NCBI RefSeq assembly: GCF_032191835.1
Contig: NC_083232.1
Location: 62,001 to 126,000 of the forward strand
Reading direction: 5' to 3'
Length of the DNA stretch: 64,000 nucleotides
Source: Heteronotia binoei
Lineage: Eukaryota
Below the pieces are notes generated by a model. It was not told where the DNA came from. It saw nothing but the letters and a program-made list of their open reading frames with translations, and made no database searches. Below, one piece after another: positions 1-11,060 of the stretch; within the stretch, counting starts at the first letter, position 1; every line of letters begins with the position of its first letter. The position numbers were made by a program, and so were the translations under genes.

Positions 1-700
1 CCTAAATGCAGAACTTTACATTTATCCATGCTAAAATTCATTTTATTGATTTTAGCCCAGTTTTCCAGCTTGTCAAGGTCATCCTGTATCCTGTTTCTGT
101 CTTCTTCTGTGTTTGCAACCCCTCCCAATTTAGTATCATTTGCAAATTTAATAAGCATTCCCTCTATTTCTTCATCCAAATCATTGATAAAAATGTTGAA
201 CAAAACAGGTCCCAGGACAGATCCTTGAGGTACTCCACTTGTCACTCCTCTCCAAGAGGATGAGGAACCATTCAGAAGCACTCTTTGGGTGCGATCTGTC
301 AACCAGTTACAGATCCACCTAATGGTAACAGGATCCAAACCACATTTTACCAACTTGTCAACAAGGACAGTATGTGGAACTTTATCAAAAGCCTTACTGA
401 AATCAAGATAAACGATGTCTACAGTTTTCCCCTGATCCAGCAAGGTAGTCACTTTCTTAAAAAAAAGAGATCAGGTTAGTCCGAAATGACTTGTTCTTGA
501 GAAAACCATGCTGGCTCTTAGTAATCACATCCATTCTTTCTAAATGTTCCAGGACTGACTGTTTGATGATTTGTTCTAAAACTTTTCCAGGTATAGTTGT
601 CAAGCTGATGGGTTGGTAGTTACCCGGATCGTCTTTTTTCCCCTTTTTGAAGATGGGAACAACATTCGCCCATCTCCAATCTTCTGGCACCTCTCCTGTT
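1..700 (-). mobile_element. CR1 LINE ORF2 fragments (continues at ~1273-1350)
   Basis: Minus-strand peptides TGEVPEDWRWANVVPIFKKGKKDDPGNYQPISLT and QHGFLKNKS; the reverse complement of 1-260 matches the CR1 at 11490-11750. The upstream continuation PRVLRELADVISEPLAIIFENSWR lies at ~1273-1350. Confidence 0.9.
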
Positions 701-901
701 ACATAAGAACATAAGAGAAGCCCTGTTGGATCAGGCCAGTGGCCCATCCAGTCCAACACTCTGTGTCACATAAGAACATAAGAGAAGCCCTGTTGGATCA
801 GGCCAGTGGCCCCTCCAGTCCAACACTCTGTGTCACATAAGAACATAAGAGAAGCCATGTTGGATCAGGCCAATGGGCCATCCAATCCAACACTCTGTGT
901 C
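701..901 (-). repeat. 67-bp tandem repeat x3 (CR1 3'-terminal unit)
   Basis: Units start at 701, 768, 835: ACATAAGAACATAAGAGAAGCCCTGTTGGATCAGGCCAGTGGCCCATCCAGTCCAACACTCTGTGTC. Confidence 0.95.
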
Positions 902-1272
902 ACAAAGTGCCCAATACACACACACACCGTGGCTAATAGCCACTGATGGACCTCTGCTCCATATTTTTATCTAAACCCCTCTTGAAGGTGGCTATACTTG
1001 TGGCCGCCATCACCTCCTGTGGCAGTGAATTCCACATGTTAATCACCCTTTGGGTGAAGAAGTACTTCCTTTTATCCGTTTTAACCTGACTGCTCAGCAA
1101 TTTCATCAAATGCCCACGAGTTCTTGTATTGTGAGAAAGAGAGAAAAGGACTTCTTTCTCTACTTTCTCCATCCCATGCATTATCTTGTAAACCTCTATC
1201 ATGTCACCCTGCAGTCGACGTTTCTCCAAGCTCAAGAGCCCCAAGCGTTTCAACCTTTCTTCGTAGGGAAAG
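701..1272 (-). mobile_element. 5'-truncated CR1 3' end nested in another CR1, with three 67-bp terminal repeats
   Basis: Peptide FPYEERLKRLGLLSLEKRRLQGDMIEVYKIM...NMWNSLPQEV; TGTT at both junctions (697-700, 1273-1276). Confidence 0.85.
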
Positions 1273-3568
1273 TGTTCTCCAAGAATTCTCAAAAATAATA
1301 GCCAGAGGCTCAGAAATGACATCCGCAAGCTCTCTCAGAACCCTTGGATGCTTGGGTTCCCTCCCCCGGGACTCAGTGGGGCTCTGCAGGCAGCAGCAGG
1401 AGGTTAGGGCTGGGCTCTGGGATGATGATGTGCCATCCCCCCAACCCCCCCCCTCCTGTGGCAACCAGAGAAACTCATTCTGGGGGCAGCATCCATCCTG
1501 TGCCTGCCACATCTGGCCTGTGGCTTGCCAAGGGACCGGCGACACCTGACCGGAGAGTAAGGAAAGCAGCTGTCTTGGTCTGGAGCAGCAGAGCAGAGGT
1601 GGAGGCCGGCGGCAGTCCCATTCCAGGCTTCCGCTGTTGTGTGGTGCAGGCCAGGCACTGCTCTCCGGGGCCTGCTGATCGGGAGTTCCTCTTTGCTCTC
1701 GGTGGGCTGGCAGAGTTACAAAGCTTCACAGAGCCACTGGTCAGCCTCCAGGCTAAAAGCAGTCCTTTTATTTGGGAACTACATTCTAGACACTAAAAAA
1801 GGTTTAAGAGATCTAATCTAAAGTACCCTGTGTGCGTCTGGAGGCAGAGAGGCCCTCAGCCTCCATCATGGCAAAGAAGGGAGTGTTCCAGGAGGGTGTT
1901 CCCGCACTTGTGTACTCCTCGTGCAGGCCAAGAGTGTGTGTGTGTGTGTGAGAGAGAGAGGGAATGGGAGGCAGAGGGGCGATTTCCCCGTGTTCTCAAA
2001 GAGACAGTGGCCGAGAAAGTAAAGAGGAAGAAAACCCACAGTGTCTGCCTGCCTCTCACTGGCTTCTTGCAACCCCCCTTGAGACAGCCCCTTGCTCTCC
2101 CCTCCAGCACTCTTTCCCCATCCCTCCTTTCAGCTGGTCACTCAGGACTGAATGGGTCAGTCCCTCTTGAGCTGCTGCAAAACCTCCCAAAGGGCCAAAG
2201 GAAGGAGCACCCGGTTGGTTGGTTGAAATGGACTGAGCAGGCATGCAGGGGCTGAGTTCAGATCATGCCCATGGCACAAGGAGAGGGGATCTTATTCCTC
2301 CTCCATGCCATCTTCTCAGTGGGACATGGAAGTCCTGTTTGTCCCACTGCAGGTGTTGGGCAGGAGGCATGCATGCACTGCCCCCCTCCCCCCCAGGGCT
2401 AAGACTGCCCCCCTGGAACACTTTTGCTCAGGAAAACAGTGAACCCCACCCCCCCACCGCGTGCCAGAGACATCATCCAAACTGGGTATCCTTGGACCTG
2501 CTGAGGGAGGTTCAGCCTGTGCTGCTGCTCTGTGTGGGGCTCCCAGCATACCCTGAAGGAACAGGCTCGAGGGGGGGGGGGTGTCTGTCGTGAAAGCCTG
2601 GAGCATTTCAGGCTGTGTTCTAATGGCACCGGGTTCAAGTCTCTATTCAGAATGTAGGAGCCCAGCATCCTTAATTAAAGCACGACAGGGTCTGAGGGGT
2701 TCTTCAGCCTTCCCTGCATCTCATCAGGGGTCTCCTGCCCAGTCATGTGATTGGCGGGGGGGAGGGGGAGGCCTTTTCCAGCCCCTGTGAATTGAGATGC
2801 AGGAAGTCCTTGCACCATGGGGTGAAGTTGGGCTCTGCTTCTGAGTGGGGGCCCTTGGGCGTTCTGCCCTCCCCAGCCATGTCTAGTGGGTGATGCTCTG
2901 CTGACCAGAGTTTCATTGCTTTGACCGAGCAGCAGCAGAACAGTACTGAGCACTGCAGCAAGAACACACATCCCAGCCATCAAACGCCACCCCTTGCTCA
3001 GCATCAGTCCCCCCCCCCCGCGTCCTCTTGGCGCGCCCTCTGCCGGGTGAGGTAGGAGCCAACAGTTTGGGAACACGTCTCTTCCTTTCCTCTGCTGCTT
3101 GAGGAGAGTCTGTCTTGCATCTCCACATTCCAGGATGGTGTTACAGCACGCGTGTACTCGTGCAGGCCAACAGGCTGCTTGGGATCTGCTGTCACCAGCC
3201 ATTCCTTCTCCTGGGCTTTGCACAGGGCCACCGTGGGCTGCCACTTCCTCCTCCTTCTTGCACCTTCCACAGCAGAGCCTCCCCGTAGCAGCAGCAGTGG
3301 ACTGGCCACCCCCACAGGAAGTGGCAAGGAGAGGATGAGCAATGGGGGGAGGAGTCACAGCCAGGGCCTCTTGGCACCATCTCGGGGTGGGGGGGGACCT
3401 GCCGGCTCACTGCCCAGGAGCAAAAGGCAGAGTTCCCTCCTGGGGTGGGGGGGAAAGCAGAGGGGGGGAGGGGGGAGGTCTGCCTCCTCTGTGCCAGCAG
3501 CAGGGCTGTCTTGACCGGTCCCTGTGGGGCTATGGGGGGCACAGGAGTGGGGGGGCCGGGGCTTGTCT

Positions 3569-6500
3569 CTAGTACAGCACTTCCTCGAAGCGGAGCAGCA
3601 GGAACTGTTGCAGGGGGGGTGGCAGGCCCAGCTCGGGCAAGGCCTGGAGAAGACGCCCATCAAGGGCGCTCCGCAGGGCACACCGAGCCAGGTGCTTCAG
3701 GGAGCGGGGACTCTGGCCCAGGGAGAAGAGGGACTGGAAAAACTGAGGGTGCTCCTGCAAGAGAAAAGAGGGCACCGTGAGTGGCCCCCAGCACACAGAA
3801 GGGAGGGCACAAGAGCCACTGGCCTGGGCCAAACTGGTGGTGGCCCCGTCGGCACAGTCTGGCAGCCCCCTGTGGCTCCACGAGGCTGGCACCGAGTCCA
3901 AATCAGTGTGGCTCTGCAGATGGGGAGTCACTCAGTCCACGAGCCAGTGGTGCCGGCTACGAGCCACAAAGCCAACGAAACTCCGGGCCGGCCCCAGTCT
4001 GTTCAGGGGCAGAAGCCCCCGCTGGCCCCTCAAAGGCTTCCATGAGGTGGGGCTCACTGCCCGTGCATCTGCCGCCCCTCGGCCTCCCGAGAGGCCCCCC
4101 CCTGCAAGAAGGGCCTTGGCTCCACACCCCTCCCCCGCCTCTGGGCCCATGGCAGTGGGGCTGCGCCTTGGGAGCAGAAGGGGTGTGCGGTTTGGGGAGC
4201 TCAAGTCTCCCGGGCTCTTCTCGCCCACATGGGTGGGGTGGGGGCCCTGTGGGGACACTTCCTGGGGCCAACCAAGCCATTAGGAAAGAGACGGGGCTTG
4301 TGGCAGAGCAGGTTTTTAACCAAGCTTGGCGTGACTCCTCCCCCCAAGGGAAGGGTGGTGAATTCCTGGGGAAAGATGGGGCGTGGGGGCTGGAGATGGG
4401 GGAGGGAGATCCTCATAAGGAAACCAAACTGGAGGGCTGTTGGAAGGAAGGAGGGCTCCTTCGAGAGGGAAGTGTGCACAGGTGAATGTGCGTCAAGGCT
4501 AGACGTCCCCGAGCTGAGCCACAATGGCGGAGCTGGGCCTTGGGTGCACGGACCAGGTAGGTGCAGGGGGAGGGATTGCTTCAGAAGCCTGGAGGGAGGG
4601 GGGCAAGTCAGAGGGACAGGCGGCTGCCTAAGGTGTGGCCCTGGGGGGTACAGGGTTGGGCCCTCCCCCCACCCTCACCTCCTCTGCGAGGGAAATGGGT
4701 GAGTGCAGCAGCGGCCCCTGCCGTCCCTCAGCTTCCAGGCTGGCCCTGGCAATGGACTTCCCAGACTGGACAGGGAAGGATGTGTTGGGCATGGTGTTGC
4801 TCTCTCTATCCAGGAGAGCAAAGAAGGCCAGGAAACACTCCCCATGGAATTTAGGGTCCCCTCGCCCCATGGATCAAAGCCAGGAGGCAGGTCTGGAAGG
4901 GACCAAGGGGAAGACGGTCCTGCAACACTGAGGGACTCCCACCGCCCTTGCACTGACGGGGCTCACCTGCAGCAGCTCAGCTGGGACGGCTTCTGCCCAC
5001 TCCTCCGTGACGCGGACATGCTCGTAAGTGTTGACCAGGGCCTCGATGGTGCGGGGGGAGGCACAGCAGTGGCGAAGCACCTGCACAGGAGGAGGGAAGC
5101 AGAGAGAGAGAGGCTGCAGGACTTCTCCTGGGCTCAGCACCACCCAAAAGGCAGGCTGGCCTCCTTTCAGAGACAGAGAATGAGGGCAGCAGAACAAGCC
5201 CTTATCCCCCCCCCCCCTCAGCTGCGGCCAGCTCTGCTGCTCCTCAGCCAGCCACCTGCGAGGGTCTGAAGCCATAAGAGCAGGATCACCACCCCTGGCC
5301 CTCCCCTTCAGCAGTCAGAGGCCAACCTCGGCAGCAAGGACCCTCGGGTGGCCTCCTGGCCCTGGGCTTTGGGGGGCTCCCTGTCTCTGGATGGGGAGGT
5401 TCCCAACTCACCCTGTCAAGCAGCCACTGATGGACAAACCACCCGCCTGACCTCTTTTTAAAGCCACCTATGGGGGGCCCCTCACTGCATCCACTGGCAG
5501 GAAATCCCACCCTTTAATGACTCACTGGGTCAATAAGTATTTCCCTTTGTCTGCCTGTCTTGTAGCTACTGTCCGTCAGCTTCAGTGGCTCCTCCTCCCA
5601 CCCTCCCCACCCCAGGCTTCCTTTGAGAAACCTCTGCCAGGTCCCCGTGGGGTGGAGCCTCTTCTAACCTGCACAGTCCCGTCGGCCCCTTCAGCCCTTC
5701 CTCCGAGGGGAGGGGCTCCAGCCCCCTCATCCTCCTCTGGACTTTGCCCAGCTCTGCTGCCTCCTTTCTGATACAGGGGTGACCAGAATTGCAGCCAGTG
5801 CCCCAGATGAGGCCGCAGACCAAGGACATCAAGCCCTTCCTCATAATCCCCAGCGCAGAGTCTGCCCTTTCCCTGCTGCCCTTTCATTTTAATTGAACTT
5901 CCCATTTCAAGATCTCTTTCCGTCTTGCTCCCAGGGAGCACTGCGCATCCCACAGATCTTGAGGGCCTGGGATCGGAACCCTCCTCACCCTCTGCCCAGG
6001 GGTAGGGCTCTTTGGGGAAGGTCCGTCAGCACAGAGCGAGGTGGGGGGCAGGGGCAGAGAGACGTCTGCCTCCTGATCTCCCCAGAAGCAGCAGCTTTCT
6101 TAGGAGTTCATAGATTAGGGTTTGTAGAATCTTTCAGGCTCAAGTGCCGTGTTCTACTGGAGAAAGTTTTCCTTCCAGACGTTTCGTTCTCAGCTGCGGA
6201 GAACATCCTCAGTGGCGTTGCAGCAGGCTGACCACCGGAGCAGGCTTCAACGCCACTGAGGATGTTCTCCGCAGCTGAGAACGAAACGTCTGGAAGGAAA
6301 ACTTTCTCCAGTAGAACACGGTACTTGAGCCCGAAAGATTCTACAAACCCTAATGATGTTACCAGCTGTGAAAACCTGAAATCTTTGAGTTCATAGATTG
6401 GCCTTAGTTGAACCCAGACTGGCTAGCAATAGCGCAATTAACAGACAACATTTATTGCCTCATTCTGACCTGTCACTCTTCCCTCATTGCCTCGTTCTGA

Positions 6501-9500
6501 CATGTGCCTGCTTTATCGCTTTCCCACGCAAAGGCTGTCCAGACCAAACATTCTTTCAGTTTGTTAATTTCACTTTTTTGCCCTTGGATTCTAACTTTGT
6601 ACCGCTTTGCATGCTTAACCCCTCCCCACCAGCTCTGTGTAGCTCTGCTCACTGGACCCTGTTCCATTGTCCGAGGAAGTGTGCTTGGAGCACACAAAAG
6701 CTCCGGTTCTGAATAACACTTGGCTGGTCCTGGACCCCTACTTGGTTCTGCTGCTTCAGAGCAACATGGCTGCTGCCCCCCCCCCCCACACCTGGACCTT
6801 TCTTAAGATGGTTACTTTGTGTTGGGCTTTAGCAAGTTAGAAACACTTCAGTAATTATAGAGTTAACTGGGTTTTGTTAGACAACAGGAAGCCAGATGTT
6901 TTCACTGTAACCAGACTGTTACCTGGTGAGAAAGACATGGAATGTTTGAAGGTCTTAGCTAAATCAACTGGAAGGTAATGTTGTGATTGGAAATCAATGC
7001 ACTGGCTATTCTGCCTCTCTTCCGGTCTTTGTTTTGGTTGGGGAGGAAATGCCATTCCTAGTAGAGGTCTTTAGCCGTAAAGATCTAGAACGTAGCGCCT
7101 GTTATTTTGGTCCCAGCATACCCTTTCCTTGCTAGTTTAAGCAAAGCAGTTTGAGTCTTCAAGCACCCACTTGGCCTCTGCCTGGCTCCTCTCCTCGTAT
7201 TTTAAACTCTGCTAAATGATATTTTTTCTCAAAGAATATCTCACACTTTGTGAACTGGGGAAGCTTCAAATGCACCACTTGAGGGACATTATTTTAGTAG
7301 AGCCGGTTACCTATCCTGAGCACTTGTCTAGAGGCAGAGATTTTGCCACAAATCATTACTCTCCAGGTGCACATATTTCATTCTTTAAAATGCAGTTGCC
7401 TCCACGATCGCTTGTGGCTTCAGAGGTCTGCATTACAGGCAAATATGCATGGCTCAGGCATAAGTAGGGGGCCTAAGTAGGGGGCGGGATTTATTACTTT
7501 TTTTTAACTTATGCCCCACCCTTCCCCCAAAGAGGGCTCTGCTATCCCCAGAGGCGTGCTGCTCTCGAGAGCTCTGGGGCAGAGGAGTAGCGCTGGAGGG
7601 CCAAGAGCAAAGGGATGCAGGATCCAGCTGCTGATGTCTGCTGTCCTTTGGGTCATGTCTGGATCCTGCTGCTCTTTGACCTCTGAAAGCAGTCAGGTTT
7701 CCGGGCTTGGGTGGCGCTTCCCCAGCCCCTCCCCCGGCTCCTGCTGCCCGGGGAAGAAAGAGGTGGCCCGTCTCCCCCCTTGCCGGTCATGAGCCACAGC
7801 CAGAGCGGGCCTCACCCAGCCTGAGTCCCGCAGCCAGACCTGTAACAGGAGACCCCCTCCCCTCCCCAGGAGGTGCAGGGGCAGCGGCTGAGCAGCAGGG
7901 CTCAAAGCCAGAGGAGCTGGGGTGGGGGGCAGGAGCCTCAGCCCAAAGGCCTTGTGGCCCTCTCTTCCAAGCAGCCCTCTGCCCTCATCCTCAGGCTTCC
8001 AGGAGGCCCTCGGTGCTAGAGGAGGCCGGCTGCTTCCAAGGGAAGGCCACTGGGGCTGAGGGGCGGGCGTGTCCCAAGAGGGCCTTCCTTCCTTCCAGCT
8101 CTGTCGCTCCCCCCTCAGCGGCCACACCTTGAGAAGGGCTCCTGGCCAGATGCGCACTGCCCCGTAGTTGAGCAGGCCCCGCACCACCTCCTCGGGCTGG
8201 TGCTCCAGTCGGTAGGCCGCCACCTGCAGGATGTTGTGCATGGCCATGTTGCCGCTGTAGCTCATGATGTTGACGTTGGCGCCGTGGGAGAGGAGAAGCT
8301 CTACCACGCGGGGGTTGGCATTCTTGCAGGCCTGGTGGAGTGGGCGCTGGCGGTCAAGGTCAGTGGTGTTCACCTGGGCACCGGCGGCCACCAGCTGCTG
8401 GCACACCTGGAAGTAGTCCTCCGTGGCCTGGGCAGGGTGAGGCTGGGCACAGGCGGCGTTCAGTGGCGTCTGCCCCTCTGCGTTCCTGGCCTCCAGGCGG
8501 GCCCCATAGCTCAGGAAGAGGCGGACGTGCTCCCCCAGGCCCAGCCGAGCCACCACGTGCAGGGGGGTGTCCTCCTCCTCCTCGGTGGTGCTGTCCACGT
8601 GAGCTCCGTGGCACAGTAAGAGCCGTGCGCACCTGCCAGGAGGGAAGGCAGAGCAGCCTTCAGGGACTGGCAGGCCATGCCCACCCTGCGCCCTTGCCTG
8701 GCAGCCTGGGGGATGGTGAAGCCGGGAGGGCAGGCATCGGGCAGCAGCAGCAATCCGAGGCCAGGCCGGGGGTGGGGTGGGGGGAGCACTCACTGGAGGG
8801 AGTCTGGGCTCTGGCACAGGTGCAGGGGCTTCCGCCCATCTTCAGAGACCGCCTCTGGGTCAGCGCCGAAGGACAGCAGGAGTCTGACGCAGTCCGCCTG
8901 GGCAGCTGTGCAGGCCACATGCAGGGCTGTCTGGCCCCCGGGAGCGAGCTCCACGTCTGCCCCCCGCAGCAGCAGGTGGCGCAGGCAGTCCACGTAGCCA
9001 CGGCTCGCTGTGATGTGGAGAGGGCTGGTGAGCTCTTCCTCGTAGGTCAGTGACCAGAGTCCTGCCAGAGAGAGGGACAGCAGGCAGCACATCAGGCCCC
9101 TTTGGTCAAGCAGAGAGCCCAGGATGCCTGCAGCCTCACACCACGCGGAGGGATGCGGCACGCTGGGCAGGCTCAGCATAGGAGCACATGGAGGAAGGCA
9201 GCTCTCCCGGTCTGGGCTGGAGGAGGAGGAGGCCTTCCCCATCCCCTCCTGCCAGGAGATGCCTCCTGGCGCTGGGCTTTGGGAGGCTGATCGCCTCTGG
9301 ATGGGAAGGTTCCCAACTCACCCTGCTGAGCAGCTACTGACGGACAAACCACCTGCCTGAAAAGTCCCATCAGCCCCTTCAGCCTTTCCTCCGAGGGGAG
9401 GGGCTCCAGCCCCCTCCCTCGTCCTCCTCTGGACTTTGCCAGTCTGGGCTGGAGGAGGAGGCCTTCCCCATCCCCTCCTGCCTGGTCCTTCATTAACTGG

Positions 9501-9871
9501 AGATGCTGCCTGCCCGAGACTGCACCGGGGACCTTCCCCACACAAGGCAGAGACTCCTCCACTGAGCCTCCCCCAGGCCTGCACAAGGCCCACCAGAGCA
9601 AGAGCCCCCTGCCCCCACTCATGCCCCCCTCCTGCACACCCAGCCTCTCTCCTCCCTCCCCCCCCCCGCCCCGCAACGCACTCAGGCAGCGGAAATTGAA
9701 GCGGTACTCCTTCCACTCCTCCAGGTTGCTGGTGTCAAAGACGGAGTTGGGTCCCACCCCGCTCTCGGGGTCTCCCAGCAAGCAGAGGATGGTGCACCCG
9801 TCTCCAGCCAGGAGAGCCTGCCAGAAAGCCTGAGCAGGCCCCTCCGCCTTGGTGGTCACAATGGGCTCCAT
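3569..9871 (-). CDS. ASB10: Ankyrin repeat and SOCS box protein 10, proximal-first-exon isoform (~420 aa if the ATG at 9871 is used)
   Basis: Exons (minus strand) 9682-9871, 8794-9061, 8128-8632, 4967-5080, 3569-3754 (TAG at 3569-3571); all GT-AG and phases close. Peptides PIVTTKAEGPAQAFWQALLAGD...VFDTSNLEEWKEYRFNFRCL|RLWSLTYEEELTSPLH, ankyrin repeats (TPLHVVARLG, RPLHQACKNA) and a C-terminal SOCS box (PRSLKHLARCALRS...LRFEEVLY) resemble ASB10 as I recall it; position next to IQCA1L-ABCF2-CHPF2 favours ASB10 over ASB18. The start codon is uncertain: in-frame ATGs also at 10090, 10282, 10327. Confidence 0.9.
5330..5880 (-). mobile_element. Old, diverged CR1 3' relic
   Basis: Degenerate peptide AELGKVQRRMRGLEPLPSEEGLKG resembling the CR1 RT C-terminus; shares sequence with 9260-9440. 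Boundaries are approximate. Confidence 0.6.
6175..6215 (-). ncRNA. Minimal hammerhead ribozyme motif (minus strand, sense to ASB10 pre-mRNA)
   Basis: Exact reverse complement of 6253-6293. Confidence 0.75.
6253..6293 (+). ncRNA. Minimal hammerhead ribozyme motif (plus strand)
   Basis: CCA-CUGAGGA-U-GUUCUC(cgcagcu)GAGAAC-GAAA-C-GUC/UGG: intact core, 6-bp helix II, palindromic ACGU helix III, 3-bp helix I, putative cleavage after C6290. Confidence 0.75.
9254..9441 (-). mobile_element. Rearranged CR1 relic flanked by 44/41-bp direct repeats
   Basis: Similar to 5380-5450 and 5680-5750; flanked by GTCTGGGCTGGAGGAGGAG(GAG)GCCTTCCCCATCCCCTCCTGCC at 9210-9253 and 9442-9482. Confidence 0.55.
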
Positions 9872-10092
9872 GAAGGCTGCCCCCCACCCCAGCCCAGTGG
9901 GGCTGGCCTGGGGGAGGCGTGGAAATCCCCCCCCCCCCCGGGAGCAAATGGCTGGAGGCTGCCCCTGCCTGCCTGCCTGCTTGCTGGGGGTCGGATTGCA
10001 GCCGGTGCTATTCTTGCCTTGTGACTCACAGAAGGAGCCTGTTGAAAGGGGAAGCAACAGAGGGGAGGGGAGGGGAGGGACTGGGGGCATGG

Positions 10093-10171
<79 letters not shown>
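10093..10171 (+). repeat. (CTTT)19 microsatellite
   Basis: Counted directly in the sequence. Confidence 0.97.
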
Positions 10172-10174
<3 letters not shown>

Positions 10175-11060
10175 ATCCAGGGCTTGCCTTTCTCCCAAGT
10201 AACTGTAAAACAAGTCTGGAAACAAGTGGAAAGGTGGCCAAGGGAATGAGAGTCCGTTCTGGCCCCTCCGACTGAACAGCATCAACTCAGGCAGCAAAAT
10301 GACGGCTCCCCCTCCCCCTCTGCACATCTTTCCCAGGTTGCTGCCCAAAGAGCCCAGAGATCCAGATGTTGACTGCCAAGGGCTGTGAATTTAGGGGGAA
10401 GTGTTAAAAAGAGGGCAAGGCATCATGGTCAGCTGATGAAAGGACCAGGTGCTAGTTCCCACTGCAGCAGGGGGGCTCTCTTCTGGGTCCCTCGGCAACA
10501 TTTTCACAAGAGATGACCTTCTAGGCCTTTTCACTTTCTGACACTCAAAAGGCCATCTCCCCCCTGCCCCCTAAAAAAGATGGAAGTCATGATACAGCCT
10601 GGAACAACAGAGGGCAGGCCCAGGGAGGAAGTGACCACAAGGGCTGGGGAGACTACCCCACCTTGTACCCCCCTGTGACCTCCAGGTGACCTCCACGCAT
10701 CTCTTCTCCAGGACCTCCTGGCAACACAGACCTGGGACTCCTTTTTGAAACAGGTGACACCAAACCCAGAGCCGCGTTGAGGGCTCCTTCTTTCAGCCAT
10801 TTCTTCACATGAGCAGAGGAAGCCGCCTTCTACTGCACCAGCCCCTCCATCCAGCAAGGTCAGCTCCAGCCACTCTGACCCCTTTCAAGGTCCCCAGCAA
10901 GGGAGGGCTTTCCAGCCACCTCCTCTCTCTTGGCCTCCTTCCTGGAGATGCTGCCAGGGACTGAAGCTGGGACTTCCTGTGTGCCCAGAAAATGCCCTGC
11001 CTCTGAGAGGGGGGGGGGTCATAACTGATGGGGAATTTTCCTTTTTTAGAGTTCATAAAC

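Larger units (their letters stand above)
6117..6386. mobile_element. Penelope-like element terminal fragment with inverted duplication
   Basis: 13-bp direct repeat GAGTTCATAGATT at 6104-6116 and 6387-6399; inverted arms 6114-6220 and 6248-6354 (107 bp, 2 mismatches, 27-nt spacer); each arm carries the CTGAnGA...GAAACGTC motif typical of PLE pseudo-LTRs. Confidence 0.8.

Noticed and set aside
2243-4954. Many 60-230-aa ORFs around the ASB10 3' end
   Set aside because: GC-rich, low-complexity, overlapping in all frames; no homology recognised except the SOCS-box exon.
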